Part shown: positions 1 to 12,599 of the stretch, in pieces
Position numbering within the stretch: the first letter of the stretch is position 1
Layout: every line of letters starts with the position of its first letter
Source of the DNA: Hydrolagus colliei
Taxonomy: Eukaryota
Assembly (NCBI GenBank): GCA_035084275.1
Contig: CM068769.1
Coordinates: 1,054,001-1,118,000 of the forward strand
DNA length: 64,000 nucleotides
Direction: 5' to 3'
Position numbers and translations under genes: made by a program
The notes under the pieces: generated by a model
Databases searched by the model: none
What the model saw: the letters and a program-made list of their open reading frames with translations, nothing else
Told to the model about the DNA's origin: nothing

Positions 1-893
1 TACCCACAACACCAAAAAAAATGTCATCCTCCACTCGCTATCCCTCACCGCAATTATCAGATTCCGCTCAACTTCTCCGCTCCCTCCACACAGTCAAATT
101 CACATTCACCGCCCACACCCTCCACCAACATCAAATTCACCCCGAACCCCAGAAACATCGGTATCAGGGTTTCAGCCATTCAGTCTCTTCTCAATGTATC
201 TGCATCCCTGACTCGCTCAATGCTTTCCCTCGTTCCAGATTCATTTTGATGACCGAGTATTTTGACCATGCTTTAGGTCGTCTTTCCCGCCATTTTACTG
301 CACAAATCCAGGTGAAATTGCGAAGCCTGTCAGGTACACGGCTTGTTCCACCCCCAAGTTGAAATGCACTGATTAATATCAGTTAGAGTTGGTTTAGAAT
401 TAAATTATCCACTGTGTGTGGGTCGTTTTGTCGGTAAAAAAAAATGCTGGTGTTTGCCGTGAAATGAAAATCACTACATTTTGGAAATCATTTTGGACGT
501 GTTCCTGACATAGAGGTTCATCTTTAATGTTCGTATACTTTTTCTGTGAGGCATCGATTTGACGGAATTATCTTTCCTGATCGAGGCAAATGAAACAGGT
601 GCTAACATTGCGAGCGTTCCCAAGTGAGAGGGCATAGGTTAAATTCCAGGGAATGGATAAAACTTTGGTAAGAATCCTCATTCAGCGTGGCCGTATTTAC
701 GCCAAATTAGTTAGGAACCCTGCTTTTATTCGATTGGCGTTTAGCCCACAAAATATACAATCAACAAAGTGTTGTGTTTGGCACTTTGAGATGCATTAAA
801 CAATAGCTTGATATCAAAAGAAAGCATTCTACATATCGAGATTATGTAAAAACTACAAAAATGTTATTGAGTGAGGTTTTACACTGCACTTAC

Positions 894-1178
894 CTATCAC
901 AGTGATTCCCACTCGCTCGCTCTCTGGTGATGTAAACTCTTGCCCTTCTATACGTTTGATATATTTACACCAGTAATTTCCTGCTCTGATCGCCGATGTG
1001 ATGAATGTAGTCATGTTCTTATTCTCTGGAGCTGGTTGTGATGTCATAACCTCGCCGTCTCTGTATAAAGAGAATGTGCTGCCAGGATAATTACCAGAAC
1101 ACGAGATCTCAGGGCTTTCCCCTCTCACAAACAGCCGAAAATCTGGCTTCAGGGAAATGGCGGGTTTCTATAGCGGAT
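894..1178 (-). pseudogene. Ig-like (C2/LRC-type) domain exon with in-frame stop
   Basis: Acceptor ttccag at 1179-1184, donor GTAAG at 889-893; 285 bp phase 1-1 exon reading DPL*KPAISLKPDFRLFVRGESPEISCSGNYPGSTFSLYRDG...GNYWCKY...SPESERVGITVI; TAG at 1168-1170. Confidence 0.85.
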
Positions 1179-2299
1179 CTGGAATTGAAACAAAGTTAAG
1201 CTAATCTCACAATCAATCGCTCTGCTCTGTCCTGCGTCTGTCAACATCAGTATTGACAATGACCGTAGTCGCAGCTGTTTATCTGTAGAAGTGACACTGT
1301 TTCTCTTTGAGATTCAAGATTGGACAGAACAGTGGACTATTAATGAAATCAGATTACAATTGCCATTGATAACGTACTCACTGCGATTCGGCAACAGTCT
1401 GGATCGGTGTTCGAGTCTCTGAGTTAAATTAGTCAGTGTTCAAGTCACACACGAGCGACTTTGAACGAACAGCCCGGCCGACGCTGGGGGAGTGAATCAC
1501 TGCATTCCGTTGGGTGAGATGTTAAATGACAGTTCTGCATTTCTACAGCTCAAATAGAAATCAAAGATCCAGAGGCTTGATGTGAAAATAGAACTGAGCT
1601 TTTCTAAATTATCTGACCAACCACCCTCCAAATATAGTTCTGAATTTGAACTATCGAATTGTGATCAAGATCTTGCTTTTCACCTTCACCTCCCTCAACA
1701 TTATCTCTTTACCCAACCTCTGTTAACTCTTCAAATCCCAAGATACAGTCACCCACTTCACTCAGTGAGTAACAGCCTATTTTGCTTACTCATCCTCAAC
1801 ACTTGGCTATCAACCTTCACGCACCCCACCCAACCCATCACTATAAACCTCACCTACCCCGCCCTTCACCTACAGTGACTAACTTCAACACAGTTACCCT
1901 AACATTGGGATCAGACTTTCTTACATTCCGCCATACTGCAAAGGATCCAGTTCATGGAGGCCCTCTGATTCGTGCCCTATTTCCCCTCATTCCAGGATGT
2001 TCTCAACACCTAACTGCTTGAGAGTGTGCTGATTCTCTCCACTGAGTCTAACACTCACAGCTTGATGTCCATACCTTTCATTTACACGGCTTTTGGCGTC
2101 ATAGTGATGAAATACACTATGACGTGTATAATGTCATAGTGAAACGTCAGTTAGTGTTGAATTTTAATTCTGTTCGCCGCTGTGTATGGGAAGTTGTTTT
2201 GGGTAAATTCGATGTTGTGTTTGACGAGAACTGAATCACACTTTTGAAAGTGTTTGAGACGTGTTTCTGACGTAACGTTTTACCTTTGTTATTGCTATT

Positions 2300-4392
2300 C
2301 TTTGGTTAACCGAGGAGTCAACCTCTCCTCCCTTATTCAAATCCCCACCCTCCCCGCCGACCATCCCAGGCCGCGCTCACACCACTCGGCCAACTGCTTG
2401 TTCCGCATCGGCTTCCAAAATGTCCGCTCTGTCTGCAACAAGACCCTAGCCATCAACGATCTCATCCTTGATGAGAACGTTGACATCATGGCCCTGACTG
2501 AGACATGGATCACCCCAGGCGACACTTTCCCCCTTGTTGAAGCCACACCACCCAACTACACATTCCACCATGATCCTCGACCCAACCGTCGTGGGGGTGG
2601 CGTGGCCCTCATCTCAAAGTCATCCCTCGCCTTATCACCCTATTCCTCCGGCTCTTTCCACTCTTTCGAACAACTCACCCTCTCTCACTCCTCCCACAAT
2701 TCTTTCAAAATCCTATTTGTTTATCGCACCCCCGAACCCTCCCCCACTTTCATTTCAGACTTTTCTTCACTTTTAACTTCCCTTTGTGCCTCCTCTGATC
2801 GCCTTAATATTCTTGGCGATTTCAACCTACATTTCACCCCCTCCTGCCCCATTGCCTCTGAATTTTCCTCTTCACTTTCGTCTTTCAACTTCTCGCTTCA
2901 TATAAACAAAGCCACCCACACTCACGGCCATCCTCTCGATCTAGTGATCACCCGAGGAATCAACGTCTCTGGCGTCACCATCACAGACAAGGCCATTTCC
3001 TTGTCTGTGATGAACCCCTCCAATCAGGTTTCCGCCCTATCCACAGCACAGACACTGCCCTGGTTAAGGTCACAAATGATATCCTAACCGTCTGTGACCA
3101 GGGCTCCCTCTGCCTCCTCGTCCTCCTTGACCTGTCTGCTGCGTTCGACACAGTCGATCACACCATCCTCCTTCAACGTCTTTCCTCCCACCTCAACCTT
3201 CAAGGCACAGTCCTTGACTTGTTGCACTCTTATTTGACCCACCGTTTACATTTTGTTTCTTCCAATGGTTTTTCTTCAAAACCCGCACAGTTTCACACGG
3301 CGTCCCTCAGGTCTCTGTCCTCGGTCCCTTCCTTTTCACTCTTTACACGCTCCCGCTGGACGACGTCATCAGCAGACATGGGGTAAATTCCCACATGTAT
3401 GCGGATGACACCCAGTTGTACCTTTCTGCCTCATCCCTCAACGCCCAGACGATCGATGTTCTGACAGCATGTCTGTCCGACATCGAGTCGTGGACGAGGG
3501 ACAACTTTTTGCAATTGAACGTGAATAAGACCGAGGACCTCCAGATTGGATCAAGCCAGCGCCTTCGCACATCGTGCGCTGCCAGGCTCAATATCCAAGG
3601 TTGCACTCTCCACCTCACAAAGCCAATCAGGAACCTCGGCATCATGTTCGATCAAAAACTATCCTTCCTCCCCCACATCCGCGCCTTGACCGGCACCGCC
3701 TATTTCCATCTGCGCAACATTTCCAGGCTCCGTAATTATCTTACCCCCCGCGCTGCCGAAACATTCGTGCATGCATACATCACCTCACGGCTGGACTACG
3801 GAAATTCTCTCCTAGTCGGCCTCCCCAGTACCTCCATTGATAGGCTGCAGGTTATCCAAAACTCTGCAGCCCGTGTACTATCCCGCACTCGCCTCCGCGA
3901 CCACATAAGCCCCACCCTCGCCCGTCTCCACTGGCTCCACATCCTCCAGAGGATCGAGTTTAAGATCCTCGTCCTCACATACAAGGCCTTACACGGCCTT
4001 GCCCCATACTACTTAACCGATATACTCTCCCCCTACACGCCCACCTGGACTCTCCGTTCAACAGGACTTGGCCTGCTCCAAACCCCCCGCCCGAACCGCC
4101 CCACCATCTGAGGCCGGGCCTTCAGTTTCACCGCTCCCACCTTATGGAATACCATCCCTCAATCCCTCCTTTTCGTCTCTTCCCTATCCTCTTTCAAGGC
4201 CGGTTTGAAGAGTTTCCTCTTCGATCGTGCCTTTTGTTGCACCCCGAACTCTTTTACTTCCTCCTCGTGTTTCACCCCTTCCCAAACACTCCCCGCCCAG
4301 CTCGGGTCACACGCCTCCTGTGCAGCGCCTTGGGACGTCCTCCCGACGTGAAAGGCGCTCTATAAATGTAAATTATTGTTGTTTGTTGTTAT
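2300..4392 (+). mobile_element. L2-clade LINE, internally deleted
   Basis: APE motifs (QNVRS, LTETW, GGGVA, GDFN, GHPLDL) joined directly at about 3000 to RT (YADD at about 3397); 3' end cagcgccttgggacg...tataaatgtaaattattgtt. Start boundary approximate. Confidence 0.9.
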
Positions 4393-4967
4393 GTGATACA
4401 CCGATTTAAAGAAATTAACTTTCCTCATCGAAACAAAATAATCAGGTCATGTTGGTATGAAAGTTCCTAAATGAGAATTTACATGTTCAAATCCCGGGTG
4501 GGAAAAAAAGTTTGGCAAGATGCCTTACGAACTCACCTCTGTTTAGCTCACTATATGGAGGAACACGATTGATATTAAATTGGTATTTCCTCCATACGTT
4601 GTCGAGTTAATAAAGTGTATAATAGTGATAATGATCCTTGCATTGAAATCATGCTTTCCCCGACTTCTGGATGTCTCAAAGCACTTCAGAGAATCTACTT
4701 TACAGTGAATTGGTTGTACAATTGTGGGTGAAACATGGCAGCCAATTGCGCACCCTCACCCCTTCCCCCCCCCCCCCCCCCTCCCCTCCCCCACCGGCAA
4801 GCTCACTCTGCCGGTTTTCACCGCAGCCTTTGTTAATACTAAAGATCTCACCATTGTGCTCTCCTCACAGTTTGTGAATTTCCCTCCCGAGGTTGCCACC
4901 TCCCCAACCGCTGTGCTCCCACCTCCTGCAGAATACCGAGTTTGTGATCAAAGAAAGAGCAATGTAC

Positions 4968-5279
4968 CTGAGCAGATGACGCCGACATCATAGTTGTGAT
5001 TCTTTGAATAGTGAGCCCAGGACGCTGAGGTACATTCACTCAGATCAGATTCACTCCCTTTGCTGTGAACATCATACGTCACAATGGGACCTGAGCCTTC
5101 ACCAAAGTGAGCTCCTGCTGGTGCTGTGAGCTCAGATCCACAGCCCAGTTCCTGACACACCACAGCCGCGGCCTGAATACACCAGCCATGATAGCCAGAC
5201 ACCGTGCCCCATTGTCCATCGTGGTAAAGCTCCACTCTCCCGTCACACGGGCTCTTGCCATTCACCAGCCTGACACTCT
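4968..5279 (-). CDS. Group B SRCR domain exon (CD163/DMBT1/WC1-like)
   Basis: 312 bp phase 1-1 exon between ttttacag and GTACAT; ESVRLVNGKSPCDGRVELYHDGQWGTV...VVCQELGCG...HFGEGSGPI...DVGVICS; open frame but three canonical Cys absent. Confidence 0.9.
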
Positions 5280-5571
5280 CTGTAAAATATCGCAAACAAA
5301 ATCAATAGTTTGGTTCTTGATCTCTAGTTACTCAATGTGCCTAGGAAGGTGTGTATGATATTGGGGGATTCTATGAGAGTTACCTATACAAGAACAATAA
5401 CAAATGTTATGATGTTTGCAGTGACTGCCTGTGACATACAGTACAAAAACAACCACAACATTGTACTTCTATAGCATCTTTCTCGTCAGAGGGACGTCTA
5501 AAGGTTCCTGTTTTCATACTTAAATAGCCTGATTCTAATTTTCAGACTAAGCCACTTTGTTTTGCATTCAG

Positions 5572-6190
5572 AGAATCAGAGAATAGCAGGGAAGAAAAGG
5601 AGGCCATTCGGCTCAAATTATGTGTGCCGGCTTAGAGCAGTGGAATTAAATCTCACACCCAGCTCTCTCCCCATCAACACGCAAACTTGTCCTCCCCTAA
5701 ATAAATGTCCAGCGGCCTTTTAAAAGTTGTTATCGAATCGGCCTCCACCAACCTTTTAGGCAATGCATTCCAGATTCGAGCAAATCGATGAGCGAAATAA
5801 AATCTTCTCGCCTCCCGTCTACTTCTTTTTGACACTATTTTAAATCTGTGATCGTGAATCACTGATACATCCACTAGTGGAAACAATTTTCCCCGGTTTA
5901 CACTGTTGAATATCCTTATTGTCTTGAAAGTCTCTATTTGATCTCCTCGTAACTTTCTCTGCGCCAAAAAGAATAAACCGAGCCTCTCTAGCTATTCCTC
6001 CTAACTGCAATCGCTCACTCCTGGAATCATCATGCAAATTTCGTCTGAACCCTTTCCAATTTCCAGTTTCCTTCCTGCCTAAGCTGTGGTGATCAGAATT
6101 GAACACAGCACCATAGTCGAGCCTAAACAAAATTTTGTAGAGGTAAGCCAGAACTTCCTGACATTTGTGCTCTATTCAACCAACAGAGAA
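5572..6190 (-). mobile_element. CR1 LINE 3' fragment
   Basis: ORF2 C-terminus QRKLRGDQIETFK...IWNALPKRLVEADSITTFK and attctctg tail near 5575; right boundary approximate. Confidence 0.85.
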
Positions 6191-6639
6191 ATTAACTTCT
6201 CCACTCACTGCTATCTATTCTTGCTTCTCTCCTGTCTATTCTCAAACTTTCAATTTTCCTCTCCTCTCTTTGTGTTGGGGATAAGAACAACAATAACTAC
6301 ATTTACACAACGCATGTAACGGCAGATGAACGTCCCAAAGTGGAAAGTCAAGGATATGTTACCAACGTGGTGGTATGGAGGGCATGGTGGTATGTTAGAG
6401 CTAGGAGTGTAATCTAGGCACTGCAAACACGGCATGAAGGAGGCAAGGAATGAGAGACGCACAGTTACTGTGGGTTGAAGTTCCATATGTTGGTGATAGA
6501 AAGGCTGAAGGGGGCGGTTAAAGCTGTAGTTGTGAAAGATGTAGCAGGTCAACGAGCAGACGTGGGGGATGGATCACAGTTGAGGGTACTACAGGATTCT
6601 GAGGGGAATTTTGTTTATTGGATTATCATGCTCACTCAC

Positions 6640-6664
6640 CGAAGAAGAAAAGTAGCAGGTTCAT
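6640..6664 (-). CDS. Candidate signal-peptide exon of the SRCR-Ig gene
   Basis: ATG AAC CTG CTA CTT TTC TTC TTC G then GTGAGT (MNLLLFFF, phase 1, compatible with the SRCR exon); short, so a further mini-exon may exist. Confidence 0.55.
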
Positions 6665-6989
6665 CTTGAGTATTTGAAAGAGCTGTTGATGAGCAGACAC
6701 TGAAGCATAGTCGCTGTATCCCTTGGGGATTCCACGTCTTTGAGGATAAACCATTCGGAGAAGTTTTCCAGTTTGCTCCACAATGTTAAGGACCAACGAA
6801 AATGCCGTGTTTAAAATTAGGACAGATTTTGCTTGTGTAGGTAGTGAGAAAGTTTTCTGAATTGATTCAGAACAAAAATGGGATTACAAACAAGGAGGTT
6901 TTGTTTTAAATAACCCTAAACCTGACATTTCGTCCTCTTCGTGATCCTTAGGCCAATCCTCTCCTGCAACCCCATCATTAGTGTTTTCA

Positions 6990-7920
6990 GATTATTTGGT
7001 GGAATTTAACGAAAAGACAAAAACTATAAACAGAAAAAAATTTGTGAGAAGCTGAAAGAGGAAGAATGTGTGACGTAAAGGGGCTGAGCTGCGGAAACAG
7101 ATATCTGCAGTTCCACTTTATATAGATATATTCACGTTACCTGAGCACGTCATCAGAGCAATTTAAAATATCTGGAAAGCCTGCATAAATTAAAAAAAAG
7201 AAATATATTAAAAATATATATATATAAAAAAAAGAAACCTTATATTCATACTAAGCATAATACTGACAATAAGCCTGATACTGCAACTGAACTGTTCACT
7301 AATCCTAGCCCATACACTAACCCTGAGCTAAACCTGATTCTCGGCCTAATCCTGACCCTGAACCTGAAACTGACCCTGTAAATAATCGTAACACCAATCT
7401 TGACACTTTAACCATCACACGATCATTAACACTGATATTAAACTTTATCGTAAGTTGACCCTAACCCTATCTCTGAGCCTAGTGTTGGTGTTAAAACCTA
7501 ATATTGGACCACTCTTTGTACATAACACCTGTCCGTGACCCTGAAGTAAAATCTTGAACCTAACTTTGATCCTATCTGCTGCCTGTGGCACGAAGAGCTA
7601 ACAATGATGCTAAACGTGACCCTAATCTTAAAACTGACCTTAAGTCATCAATGTGACACTCACCATAATGCTCTCCAGAAACTCCAACATTTAAGTTTTC
7701 AATTTATTTGGTGGAAGTTAGCAAAATGAAAACAATTTAAACCTAAAAACATACGAAACTTTGAGAAGCTGAAAGACGAAGAATGGGTGATTTAAAGGAG
7801 CTGAGCTGCGAACACGGATCTCGATAGTTCCACTTTATGGAGATATCTTCACAGTTACATCATCACTCCATCAGCGAATTGCATTGCAAAACTCTGGAAA
7901 GGCTGCAGAATAAAAAAAGT
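6990..7920 (-). repeat. Duplicated ~210 bp unit (6990-7200 and 7703-7920), each with a candidate non-coding micro-exon
   Basis: Shared gagaagctgaaaga.gaagaatg.gtga...gctgagctgcg...agttccactttat; acceptor/donor pairs bracket 7141-7180 and 7859-7902. Confidence 0.6.
7290..7650 (+). repeat. Degenerate hexamer (CCCTAA/CCCTGA-like) array
   Basis: 6-bp periodic units such as ctaaccctg, cctgaccctg, gaccctaaccct, gtgaccctaat. Confidence 0.55.
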
Positions 7921-8445
7921 AATTGTTTGTTTGTCTCCTGCTGCCTCCATTTTATTGCCTCTATTTTGTTCTTTCTCTCTCTCTCCCTCTTTCTCTCTCT
8001 CAAACACACACACATATGTATGCATAATCAGTTGCTTTCACACTCCGATTCAATATCTAACTCTCTGGCTTTCTGTCACACACTGCTTCTCTCAAACTCT
8101 CTATCTTCCTCTCTCCTGAGAGTCTCATAATCTTAGTTCGTCACTTATTGACAGCGCTATGTCTCTGAAACTCCCAGTCGCTGTCGCTCTCTGTCACACA
8201 CGTTGTCTCTCACACAATCAGACACTTTTTATCTTACTGTGAAGGTCTATCTGTTCCTATCAGCCTATCACGCCAGATGATAAAGTTGACTTCCACTTTA
8301 TTCCATGTCGAGGATGTTAAAGATTCTGCAGAACGTTTGCAAAAATAGAAGTGAGTTTCTTCCCATGTTATAATCCATACCAGCACATTTCAAGTTGTCT
8401 GAAAGGGCTATTCTTGAACACGGTATATCACTGCAAATGCTGATG

Positions 8446-9108
8446 TGTCGCTGAACCACTGTTGTGGTTTAGCTGAGCAGCGTTACCGGATATGAAGCAC
8501 AAACCTGCAAAGATTGCTAAAACATTTAAAGTTATAGTTCTCTGGAAGCCAATCAAGTGTCAACGTTTAATAATAGTAATCGTTCCATTTGATATATCGC
8601 CTTATTATGACTACTATGAATCTCAAATCTTCACAGAATAATTGCAAAGTTAATTAATTGTAGATTTGTGCTCGAAATGCTTTGCCCACTGGCAGTCCTG
8701 AATTGAAATAACCAAATTATGATCGTAACTTTTGATTCAGCTATGTCTCTCTTCATCCCTCTCTATGTGTATAGGTGTTTCCTTCTCTGAGAGTCTCGTG
8801 TGAGATGGTAAGATTGGGGTCCTATGTGTGCATTGTAGAGGGCAGATGTTTAAAATCCTACAAAGCTTTTGGTGTAAGGTGAAGTGAGTTGCTATGTGAC
8901 TTAAACTTCATACTAGTTCAATTCAAGTCGTATGAAAGGGTAAATGTTGAACATGATGAACACCCACCAATTCAATTTATACAACGCCGTTCATGTCGGG
9001 AGGACAGCGTGAGATGTAGCCGAACCACTATTTTGGTGTTAGCTGAGCATCATCACCGGATATAAAGCACAAACCACACAAACCTCCTACAAAAAGTGCT
9101 CAAACATT
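8446..9108. repeat. Duplicated ~90 bp unit (8446-8530 and 9012-9108)
   Basis: gaaccact.tt.tggt.ttagctgagca.c.t.accggatat.aagcacaaacc is present twice. Confidence 0.6.
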
Positions 9109-9139
9109 TCCCTGCAAAAGTTTTTTAAAAAACAATTGG

Positions 9140-9670
9140 AGAATGTGTGTGTCTGGATGGGCTGCGTTTATGGGTGTGTGTGAGTTTGTTTGTTTGTGAG
9201 GAGTCCGTGGTTGTGTTTATGTGTGTGTGAGGCGACTACGTGTATGTGTTTGTGAGTGAAGGGGCTGTGTGTGAGTTTTTGTTTGTGTGAGGGAGCTTAT
9301 TGTGACTTTCTGAGGGGCCTGTGTGTGTGGGTGGAGCTGTGTGTGTTTGTGTGTGTGAGGGGGTTGTGCGTGTCTGTGAGTGCGGGTGGGGTAGGGGTGC
9401 CGTGTGTGTTTTTGTGCGTGAGAGGTGGTTGTCTGCATGTTTGTGATTAAGAAAATTGCTTGTGCTGTTTTGCGTGTGTGAGAGGGTTGGATGTGTGTGT
9501 TTGATTTTGAGGGGTCGGTGTGTGTGTGTGTTGGGGGTTGAGTGTATCTACGTGTGCTTGACCTACAGTGAGTGTCTTTGATTCCTGAAGACCAGAACCC
9601 ATGTGTGTGTGTGTCAAAGAGAGACAGAAACAGAGGGCTGTGTGTCTCTTTCTGAATGTGTGTGTCCCGC
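9140..9670 (+). repeat. GT-rich low-complexity tract
   Basis: Interrupted (GT)n runs with G blocks. Confidence 0.85.
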
Positions 9671-9927
9671 TCATTTAGTGCACTTCACGTCGTCTCGGCT
9701 TCGAAAAGCAATATCCTGCATAGTGAAATTCACTGTCTATTTGTGGGTGAGACGCTACAGCCATTTACGAACAGGAATGATGTAACAATGATGGATTAAA
9801 ATTACCAGTTTATTATTATAACAACAATAATACAAACAAAAGAATAATGACAATAACAGCAATAGTACAACAGGTGACACCTCCCACACAGTGACGTGTC
9901 AGAGTTTAACATCGTAACTGTGGGTGT

Positions 9928-10130
9928 GTCCCGCTCCCCTCTCAATCACTGGTTACCAGAGAAACAGTGGGTATGTCCCACACCCCTGCCAATCACTGCT
10001 AACCATGGAGATAGTGGGTGGGTCCGTCCCACTCAGCCGCGCGGCGTACATCGTCATGACGTTCCGAGCGTATTGACCGTGGGCAGCTCCAGAGACAAAA
10101 TCAACTGCAAACATGGCGCCGTCAGAGAGT
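9928..10130 (-). promoter_or_regulatory. CpG-containing promoter-like segment (RFX X-box-like, GC-box-like, CRE half site, YY1-like)
   Basis: Minus strand GTTTCTCTGGTAAC at 9952-9965 followed by ATTGA and GAGCGGG; TGACGT near 10057; AACATGGCG near 10110. Confidence 0.45.
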
Positions 10131-10199
10131 GCGAGTCTGAGTCTCTGCATAGAGAGAGAGGAACTTGATACTTGATCGCTGCAAAGTTTCAGGGAGACG

Positions 10200-10830
10200 C
10201 TGTGTATGGGGGTTAGAGTGGGGGTGCTGTGTGTATGTTTGTGAGGGGGAGCTGATTAGGCTGTGTGTGGGGGGCGTGGTTGCTGTTGGTGGGGCTGGAT
10301 GGGCTGTGTGTGCGGAGATCTTTGTGTTTAGGAGGCGGTGAGGACTGTGGGGGCTCTTTGTGTGGGTGTGGGAGTGTGTCTGTGTGTATTGTGGGATGCT
10401 TGTGAAGAAGGCGATGTGTGTGGGGTGTATAGGAGGTCGGTTTTTGTTGGGTGGGGTCTGTATATTTGTTTGTGGTGCGGCAGTTTTTAAGCGCTCTGTG
10501 ACGTCGTCCGGTGATGAGAGCGCCATATAAACAATAGGAACAGAGAGAGAGATCATGTTGTCATTGCTGTTATCTGTGTGTGTGTCTCTCCCTGTGAATG
10601 TGTGTGTGTTCGAGGGTGTGTGGTGTGGTGTTGGGAGTATACTGTGTGCGTGTGTGAGGTGTGTGTGTGAGGGATTTTGGGGCTGGTTGATTGCCCTGGG
10701 GGTGTATGAAATTAAAGTGTATTGGTATGTATTGGTGTACATTGGTGTTGTGTGACGTGTGCCAGATACAGGGAGAGAAAGTTAGAGGCTAGTGTGTATG
10801 TATGTCTCGGTGTGTTTGTGTGTCAGCGCC
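10200..10830 (+). repeat. GT/G-rich low-complexity tract
   Basis: Degenerate (GT)n with G runs; long His/Thr-rich ORFs on the opposite strand are by-products. Confidence 0.85.
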
Positions 10831-12599
10831 TTGGGACTTCATCCCGAAGTTAAACGCGCTCCATCAATGTAATTTTGTTGTTTGTTGTTTGAGCGTCTCA
10901 GAGACTCAGAGTCAGATATGTACCTCTCTGTGACTACATCACAGAGTTTTGAGAGGCTTCTGTCTCTCTCGGTATCTAGTTTTATTTCTGAGAGTCAGAA
11001 ACATATCGAGAGTGATACTATTGTCGTGTTTACAGCCTGAGATACATTCACATAGAGAGTGAGACACCTGCACACATATACTCACAGGCCTCTGTTACTG
11101 TCTGTCTCGTGTCTCACAGACACAGCCCCCAGTCTCTAATCATCAGCTATCACATACACTCACTTGGACACACTTACACACACACTTACATAAACACAGA
11201 CACATTGTAGTACAATTCCCCTCTCCATATTTCTCTGATAATAATATTGCCCGAGTTAGATATTGCTTGAACACTTCTTCTGGAGCCTCTTAGCGTTATT
11301 AAAGGATATACTTTAAAGCGTAGTGACTGTTTTGTGGGTGAAATATTGCAGCGAATTGTGCAGAGCAACATCCCATGAATAGTCATGGATTGAGTGACAA
11401 CAGTAGTGTTATTATTGAGGGACTGTTAGCCAGGTAAAGCGATCACAAATCAATGAAAAGCATTTTCTGACCTACTGGTAGCTAAGGGAAAAAACCTGGT
11501 ACAAGATTCCTTACTCCACAAACAGGCCTGATAAAAAAACTATCGATCACTGCAATCCACGACTGTTTGTGGGACAGTCTTGTGCAATTGACTGCTGCGA
11601 TTCACCCACAAACTAATAGTCGCTTCACTTTACTGTATATTCCAAGAAGAGCTTTAAGATGTCTAGAATACATGATAAGGCACTATCTCAAAAGCAATGA
11701 TTATTATTATCACTGTCGTTAAACATAAACGTGCGTAAAGTAAAGATAATTACCCCAAATTTTATCCTAACCCACAAAGGAATCCAGCCCAGGCCCTCTC
11801 ACAAGCGAATTGCAATATACAGATACACACACCCATACACGCACACTCATATTCACACACACTCACATGTACTCACTCGCACATGCACAAACTCTCACGT
11901 ACACATAACCTGACTAAAATATACTCATGTGCATTGACTCTCACACAGCACGCATTGGCTACCATATTTTGCTCACAAAACATACCTTTAGTTACTGATT
12001 ATACAGTAAAGCGTTTTGAGATATCTCAAAGACGGGATGACGCGCTATATCAACTGTAAAGTGCATTATTATGATTATATACAGAGAAACGTAGAGATAG
12101 GTGCTTACAGTGGTTCGCGGTAGGTATGCATGAGAGGAAGTACAGTGTAACCTGTGATTTCTGATTTCCAGAAGCAGAGGCCTGTATGTGTGAGACAAAC
12201 AAAAATGCCTGTGTAAGTGTCTCTGAGTGAGTGTATCTCAGTCTATAAAGAGGATGTCAGTAGATCTTTTTGCGTGTATTTATGTTACTCTCTCAGTAAT
12301 ACAGAGACATATTGAGGCAGAGAGAGGGGATTCCAATGTTTTCTGCGTATGTTCGTGTGTCTCTATCTCTCATTTTGTGTCTCTTACTGTGTGTAACTAA
12401 GCGTGAATATACGGTATAGACACACAAAAGACAGTACCTGTTTGAGTGTGAATTTTGTGTGTATCTATAAATGCATGTGTATGTCATTTAGGATGACAAG
12501 AGACACAAAGAATATGTGCTCAGTGAGAGATTTATTGGTTGTGTATCTCGTCGTCACTGTATGTGTTTCTCTCACTCTGTTTCGGTGCGTATGTTTTTG

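Noticed and set aside
1230-1290. ttctacag followed by KQLRL, like an SRCR exon start
   Set aside because: No SRCR motifs or donor follow.
5381-5425. 45 bp segment between tcacag and GTAACT, a candidate second leader exon
   Set aside because: The hydrophobic frame ends in a stop and the phase-compatible frame does not look like a signal peptide.
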